From assembly GCA_004557455.1 (NCBI GenBank), contig SFDX01000015.1, positions 1 through 64,000 on the forward strand: 64,000 nucleotides of DNA, read 5' to 3'. Every line of letters starts with the position of its first letter. Position 1 is the first letter of the stretch. The notes beneath the pieces are model-generated. The model did no database searches and had not been told where the DNA came from. It was given only the letters and a program-made list of their open reading frames with translations. The position numbers and the translations under genes are program-made. The DNA is from Akkermansia muciniphila. GTDB lineage: Bacteria; Verrucomicrobiota; Verrucomicrobiia; Verrucomicrobiales; Akkermansiaceae. Below are positions 59,843-64,000 of the stretch, piece after piece.

Positions 59843-60993
59843 CTGTTATGAGCGATTCCTCCACCGAAACGGTTGAATGGCCGGAGTACGTGCCGCCCGC
59901 CCTGCGCCGCGGCGCTACCCCGCAGGAGTGGGCCGACCCGCGCTGGCAGCTGCGCCACTGTTTCTGCACGGCGCAACAGCTGGAGCAGGTGCTGCGGCTG
60001 ACGGATGAGGAGCGCGAGGCGCTGTCCGCGGCGGGGGGGCGACTCTCGGTGCGCGTCACGCCGCATTTCCTCAGCCTCATGCAGCCGGAGGATCCCCTCG
60101 ACCCGCTGCGCCTGCAGGTAATCCCGCGCCGCGGGGAGTTGCATGCCTACCCGGAGGAGATGCCGGACCCCTGCGGGGAGGACGCGGATATGAAGGCGCC
60201 GGGGCTGGTGCACCGTTACCCGGACCGCGTGTTACTGCTGGTCACGGATCGCTGCTCGAGCTACTGCCGCTACTGCACGCGCTCGCGCCTGGTTTCCGGC
60301 GGCCGCACGCGGCTCTTCGATGAGGAGGCCTGCCTGGACTACCTGCGCCGCCATACGGAGGTGCGGGATGTGCTCGTCTCCGGCGGGGACCCGCTGCTGC
60401 TGCCGGATGCGCGGCTGGAGGCGCTGCTGGCGCGCCTGCGGGCTATTCCGCACATCGAGCTGCTGCGGGTGGGTACGCGGGTGCCCATCATGCTGCCCAT
60501 GCGCATCACGCCCGCGCTGGGTGCCATGCTGCGCCGCTACGCCCCGCTGTTTATCTCGGTGCACTGCAACCACCCCCGGGAGCTTTGCCCGCAGACGCAG
60601 CAGGCCCTGGAGCTGCTGGCCGACCACGGGCTGCCCCTCGGCTGCCAAAGCGTGCTGCTGCGCGGGGTGAACGATGACCCGCAGACCATGCTGCGCCTCT
60701 GCCACCGCCTCCTGCAATGCCGCGTGCGCCCCTACTACCTCTACCAATGCGACCCCGTGCCCGGTACCCGCCACTTCCGCACGGATATCCGCTGCGGCCT
60801 GGACATCATCCGCCACCTCCGCGGCTTTACCTCCGGCTACGCCATCCCTCAATACGTCGTCGATGCCCCCGGCGGCGGCGGTAAGGTGCCCCTCAACCCG
60901 GACTATATCCTGGACCACACCCCCACCCACATCACCCTCCGCAACTACGCCGGCCACACCTACTCCTACCCCCTCCCCTCCCCGGAGCCCTGA
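59827..60993 (+). CDS. KamA-family radical SAM protein (lysine 2,3-aminomutase / EpmB-like)
   Basis: CSSYCRYCTRS radical-SAM CxxxCxxC in the KamA context. RVLLLVTDRC; PLP-binding-region-like SGGDPLLL. 16-nt overlap with the preceding gene. Confidence 0.8.
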   Translation: MAAALTVMSDSSTETVEWPEYVPPALRRGATPQEWADPRWQLRHCFCTAQQLEQVLRLTDEEREALSAAGGRLSVRVTPHFLSLMQPEDPLDPLRLQVIPRRGELHAYPEEMPDPCGEDADMKAPGLVHRYPDRVLLLVTDRCSSYCRYCTRSRLVSGGRTRLFDEEACLDYLRRHTEVRDVLVSGGDPLLLPDARLEALLARLRAIPHIELLRVGTRVPIMLPMRITPALGAMLRRYAPLFISVHCNHPRELCPQTQQALELLADHGLPLGCQSVLLRGVNDDPQTMLRLCHRLLQCRVRPYYLYQCDPVPGTRHFRTDIRCGLDIIRHLRGFTSGYAIPQYVVDAPGGGGKVPLNPDYILDHTPTHITLRNYAGHTYSYPLPSPEP

Positions 60994-61035
60994 GCCAACC
61001 TCCGCCGCCCCACCCTCCGCAGGCCGATTTTGCCT

Positions 61036-61068
61036 ACTGCATTTTGAATGCTGGGTCAAGCATAAAAG
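61036..61068. promoter_or_regulatory. decayed copy (e) of the palindrome/TTGAC module, tactGCATTttgAATGCtgggTCAAGcaTAAAAg
   Basis: 30 of 36 nt identical to copy b at 32114..32148. The following about 50 nt are homologous to 26490..26535. Confidence 0.4.
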
Positions 61069-61193
61069 TTGGAAAATCCGCAGTTTTCCTTCATTTTCTC
61101 GCACTTTTGCCCGACCTCTTCTCCGCCGGTCTCTACGCCCTCTTTGTCGCAAATTCAGCGTAAGTCGTTGAGCATCAACACTCTGCATGCCCT

Positions 61194-61213
61194 CTGCATT
61201 CAAAATGCTGTAG
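61194..61213. promoter_or_regulatory. partial palindrome copy (f), ctGCATTcaaaATGCTGTAg
   Basis: Half-degenerate version of TACAGCATT-N3-AATGCTGTA, 140 nt upstream of the adhesin-like gene. Confidence 0.3.
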
Positions 61214-61352
61214 GCTATCACCAGTGGGAGGGAGCACGTGCCCGGACGCGGACACCTCTGCATCCTCCCATAGGGAGGCGCATCCATCGGCTCGATTCGT
61301 ACCCGAGCCCGGAAGCCGCGCCCCCCGAACCTTTAACCCAATCATTTCAATC

Positions 61353-64000
61353 ATGCGATTACATTTACCGAAAACTCTTCTCGCAGCCGTATTAGCTGCG
61401 TGCGCCGCCCTCCCGACTTGGGGCGAGGACTCCGGTACCGCGGTAGATACCACCACATACACTGTTACCGTGGCCGGTACTACAAAGACATTCAACTCAC
61501 TGGAAACCGGCTCCGCTCTTCCCACGAACACCCCGGATGCCTTTTGGGTATCCGGGGGTAGGGTGACAGTGAATTCAACAAGTCAGACCACCCTCAATGG
61601 AATAGATACAGTCATCCTTGCAAACGGTAGCTATACCACCTCGACTGCACCTGAGGAGTCTACGAGTGTAACATCTCACCAGCTCTTTCTGGATGGATAT
61701 GCTTCAGGCGCGGATATTAACATCACTTCAAGCTTGATTGTCGGCTCTGTTGCTCAAGGTGCGGATGAACAAGCCGCCATTCGCTTTGGGGCTGACGGGG
61801 CAAATGCAGTGAAAGTTTCCGGCGATATCAACGTTGCCGACAATTCAAAGTTTGTGGCCGGTGGAACTCGTGCCGTCATTTCCGGTGGCATTACGGGAGC
61901 TGGGAAGACTCTCACACTGAGCAACTTTAATACAGCCGGCTCCTATACCATGCGCGGAGCGGATGGAAAGAGTATTGAATTGGGCGGTTTGACCATTTCA
62001 GGCGATACATCTGTTACCTTGAACTACGAGACCGCAACCATCGGCACGCTGACTCTCAACTCTACAGCCACGAATGCCTTCACCCTGTCCGGCGGCACTA
62101 CAACCGTATCGACTGTTTCCGGTTCGGGTTCCATTCTCCTCAATGGTGGTACACTGGCTGTTTCTGATACGGGAGACTTCTCGATTTCCGGAGTAAAGTT
62201 TGCCGGAGGAGTCTTGGATGTCTCCTCGGTAACCGGCACTTTGACCGTTGGAGGTACGTGGACGGGAGATTTCGTTGAAAAAAGTGTCAAGGTGATCAAC
62301 GCTAACAATGCTACGATAGCCGGCAGCTTAGCAACGTCGCTGAATCCCTCCAGGCTCTTAAACTACATGTACAAAGCCGGAAACGCCGATGCAGGAGAAT
62401 CTGCATCATCCGTGTACCGTGTGCGTCGTGAGTTTATCACAGCTACGGCTACTGTCGATTCTACACAAAAGAATCGAATTGTCATCGGATCAGTTACGGG
62501 GGCTGATGGTTCTACTGAATTCTCCAATGTCGCCCTGAGCGATCTGCTTGCCGGGGATAAGGTGACCATCAATGGTTTGACCGGCTGGATTGGTCAGAAC
62601 GGAGCAAATACCATTTTGGCTGATTTGAAATTCACAGGGGAGAATCATATCAACAATGGCAGCTCCGACAATAACTGGATTACGTATTCCGGTGCTATCA
62701 CGGGAGATGGGACATTGAGCTATGAGTGGGCGACCAAGGCTTATACCTATAACTTTAATGGTGATTTGTCCGGATTCACCGGCACCATCAGTGACACAAC
62801 TACACTCAATGTGACCATCGGCGGGACTCCGGCAACGGAAGCGGCCAAGAAGGTCAATGCGACAATCGATATCGCCGGTGCTCTCACAGTCAATCGCGAT
62901 GCCACGTTTACCAACACGGTGCAAGCAGGTGGCAATATCAAGGTTACCTCAGGCGTGTTTCGTGTGGAAAAGTCTGCATCAACCAATGCGCAGTTGGATC
63001 TGTCTAATGGAGATACGTCTACGGGCTGTGTTGAGATCGCATCAGGGGCTTCCTTGACTGTCGGAACCAATATCTGGGGCACATCCAATGATACGTTTGC
63101 ATCGAAGATTCTTTTGGAGAAGGATGCCAACCTAGTATGGAATGGTTTTACGATCACCGGAAAGACTGCTAAGGATGGAGTAGAGACCGGACTCAAATTC
63201 GGCGCGAATAATGTGATGCTGTATTCAAACAACAGCACCCATTCTGTCACCAACTCGATCATCACATATACCGGAACAGATGAGAAGACGCTGTCTTGGC
63301 AGCTTGTTGATACGGACCTGAACGTAGAATCGGAATCGGGCACGGTAAACCTGGCCGGCAACTCCATCGGGGGCAACCTGACTATCAATGCCGGCACGGT
63401 CAAGACATCTGCTAACAGCAACAAGGGTGTTGTAGGAGCACATACGGTCACAATCAACGCCGGTGGTACACTGGAGGCCTTGGGCGTTGATACATTCGGA
63501 TGGGAGGACGGGCAGAAGTGCATTCAAATCGTCATGGGCGGAACCGCAGATGCCTTAGCGCAGTTGAAGCTTAACTCCGGCAATCTTTGGCAAACAACTC
63601 TCGGGACGGACGTACTTCTCAAGGGGTATTCAAGCATCGGAGGCAACTCTGCTTTCAAGACAGCGGGCGGCAAGATCACGGCTACCGGCACAAACAATGT
63701 TATCAGCGCCTCTATGTGTGTGATGGATGATGTCGAGGTCGAGGTGACCGGAAAAGGGGACAAGCTTCAGATTGACAATATCCAATACTTCCATAATTTC
63801 GATAACGGCAAGGAGTCTTCCGGCACGGTTTCAGTGACCGGCGAAGGCGCACTCAGCGTGGGCGCCGTGACACGTTCCGCCTTGAAGAACACCGGCAGCG
63901 GCTCCGTCGAGGTTACCGGAGCGGTCTCGGATTCGACGATTTCCAACACCGGCAGCGGCTCCGTAACCCTGAGAGGCACGGCCGACAGCACAACGAAGCT
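61353..64000 (+). CDS. large secreted repeat-rich adhesin-like protein (beta-helix / autotransporter-associated beta-strand-repeat type); 3' end beyond the window
   Basis: Signal peptide MRLHLPKTLLAAVLAACAALPTW. More than 880 aa of Thr/Gly/Ser/Asn-rich degenerate repeats (GxxTLxxxGxxTxxG). The open frame-3 ORF has no stop before the window end, so it is absent from the ORF track. GC is lower than in flanking genes. Confidence 0.6.
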   Translation, partial: MRLHLPKTLLAAVLAACAALPTWGEDSGTAVDTTTYTVTVAGTTKTFNSLETGSALPTNTPDAFWVSGGRVTVNSTSQTTLNGIDTVILANGSYTTSTAPEESTSVTSHQLFLDGYASGADINITSSLIVGSVAQGADEQAAIRFGADGANAVKVSGDINVADNSKFVAGGTRAVISGGITGAGKTLTLSNFNTAGSYTMRGADGKSIELGGLTISGDTSVTLNYETATIGTLTLNSTATNAFTLSGGTTTVSTVSGSGSILLNGGTLAVSDTGDFSISGVKFAGGVLDVSSVTGTLTVGGTWTGDFVEKSVKVINANNATIAGSLATSLNPSRLLNYMYKAGNADAGESASSVYRVRREFITATATVDSTQKNRIVIGSVTGADGSTEFSNVALSDLLAGDKVTINGLTGWIGQNGANTILADLKFTGENHINNGSSDNNWITYSGAITGDGTLSYEWATKAYTYNFNGDLSGFTGTISDTTTLNVTIGGTPATEAAKKVNATIDIAGALTVNRDATFTNTVQAGGNIKVTSGVFRVEKSASTNAQLDLSNGDTSTGCVEIASGASLTVGTNIWGTSNDTFASKILLEKDANLVWNGFTITGKTAKDGVETGLKFGANNVMLYSNNSTHSVTNSIITYTGTDEKTLSWQLVDTDLNVESESGTVNLAGNSIGGNLTINAGTVKTSANSNKGVVGAHTVTINAGGTLEALGVDTFGWEDGQKCIQIVMGGTADALAQLKLNSGNLWQTTLGTDVLLKGYSSIGGNSAFKTAGGKITATGTNNVISASMCVMDDVEVEVTGKGDKLQIDNIQYFHNFDNGKESSGTVSVTGEGALSVGAVTRSALKNTGSGSVEVTGAVSDSTISNTGSGSVTLRGTADSTTK

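Overview
High-GC (about 63-65%) bacterial chromosomal window. PEP-CTERM sorting signals, pyruvate:ferredoxin oxidoreductase, a membrane H+-pyrophosphatase, Sel1 and ankyrin repeat proteins, NagA and a GH20-like gene fragment suggest an anaerobic glycan-degrading member of the PVC superphylum (Verrucomicrobia- or Lentisphaerae-like); this taxon call is inference only. The housekeeping backbone includes nifJ, cca, lpxA, rpsB-tsf, ridA, coaC, rpsO, an nfeD-flotillin pair, hppA, rpe, pheA, holB, yicC-gmk, nagA, an M3 peptidase, aroD, a SNF2 helicase, an L,D-transpeptidase and a KamA-family radical SAM gene. Four compositionally distinct lower-GC insertions break this backbone: (i) at 240-2230, an AT-rich islet with two tandem paralogous small exported proteins plus a lipoprotein; (ii) at 27.1-38.4 kb, a mosaic-GC cell-surface glycan/EPS cluster with a PEP-CTERM protein, a Wzx flippase, SDR, a MenD-like TPP enzyme, an FrhB-like protein, a pyruvyl transferase and three GT2s; (iii) at 49.0-51.6 kb, an EcoRII-like restriction endonuclease with a Dcm-like C5 methyltransferase; (iv) from 61.35 kb, a large repeat-rich secreted adhesin-like gene. 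A five-gene translationally coupled operon encodes an ECF sigma factor, an anti-sigma factor, a PDZ protein, a 1147-aa secreted ankyrin-repeat protein and an FKBP_N protein. Non-coding signals are unusually rich. Three glycan-cluster promoters share an embedded perfect palindrome ACTACAGCATT-N3-AATGCTGTAGT, with decayed copies elsewhere. A 125-nt repeat occurs as an inverted pair about 25 kb apart, at 26.7 and 51.7 kb. Sigma70-like promoters often have a G-rich spacer (tcgggg..ggga.gtg) and start codons 0-15 nt from the predicted transcription start, implying leaderless or short-leader mRNAs. The high GC produces many long antisense ORFs that are artefacts. Coordinates of non-coding motifs may be off by 1-2 nt.
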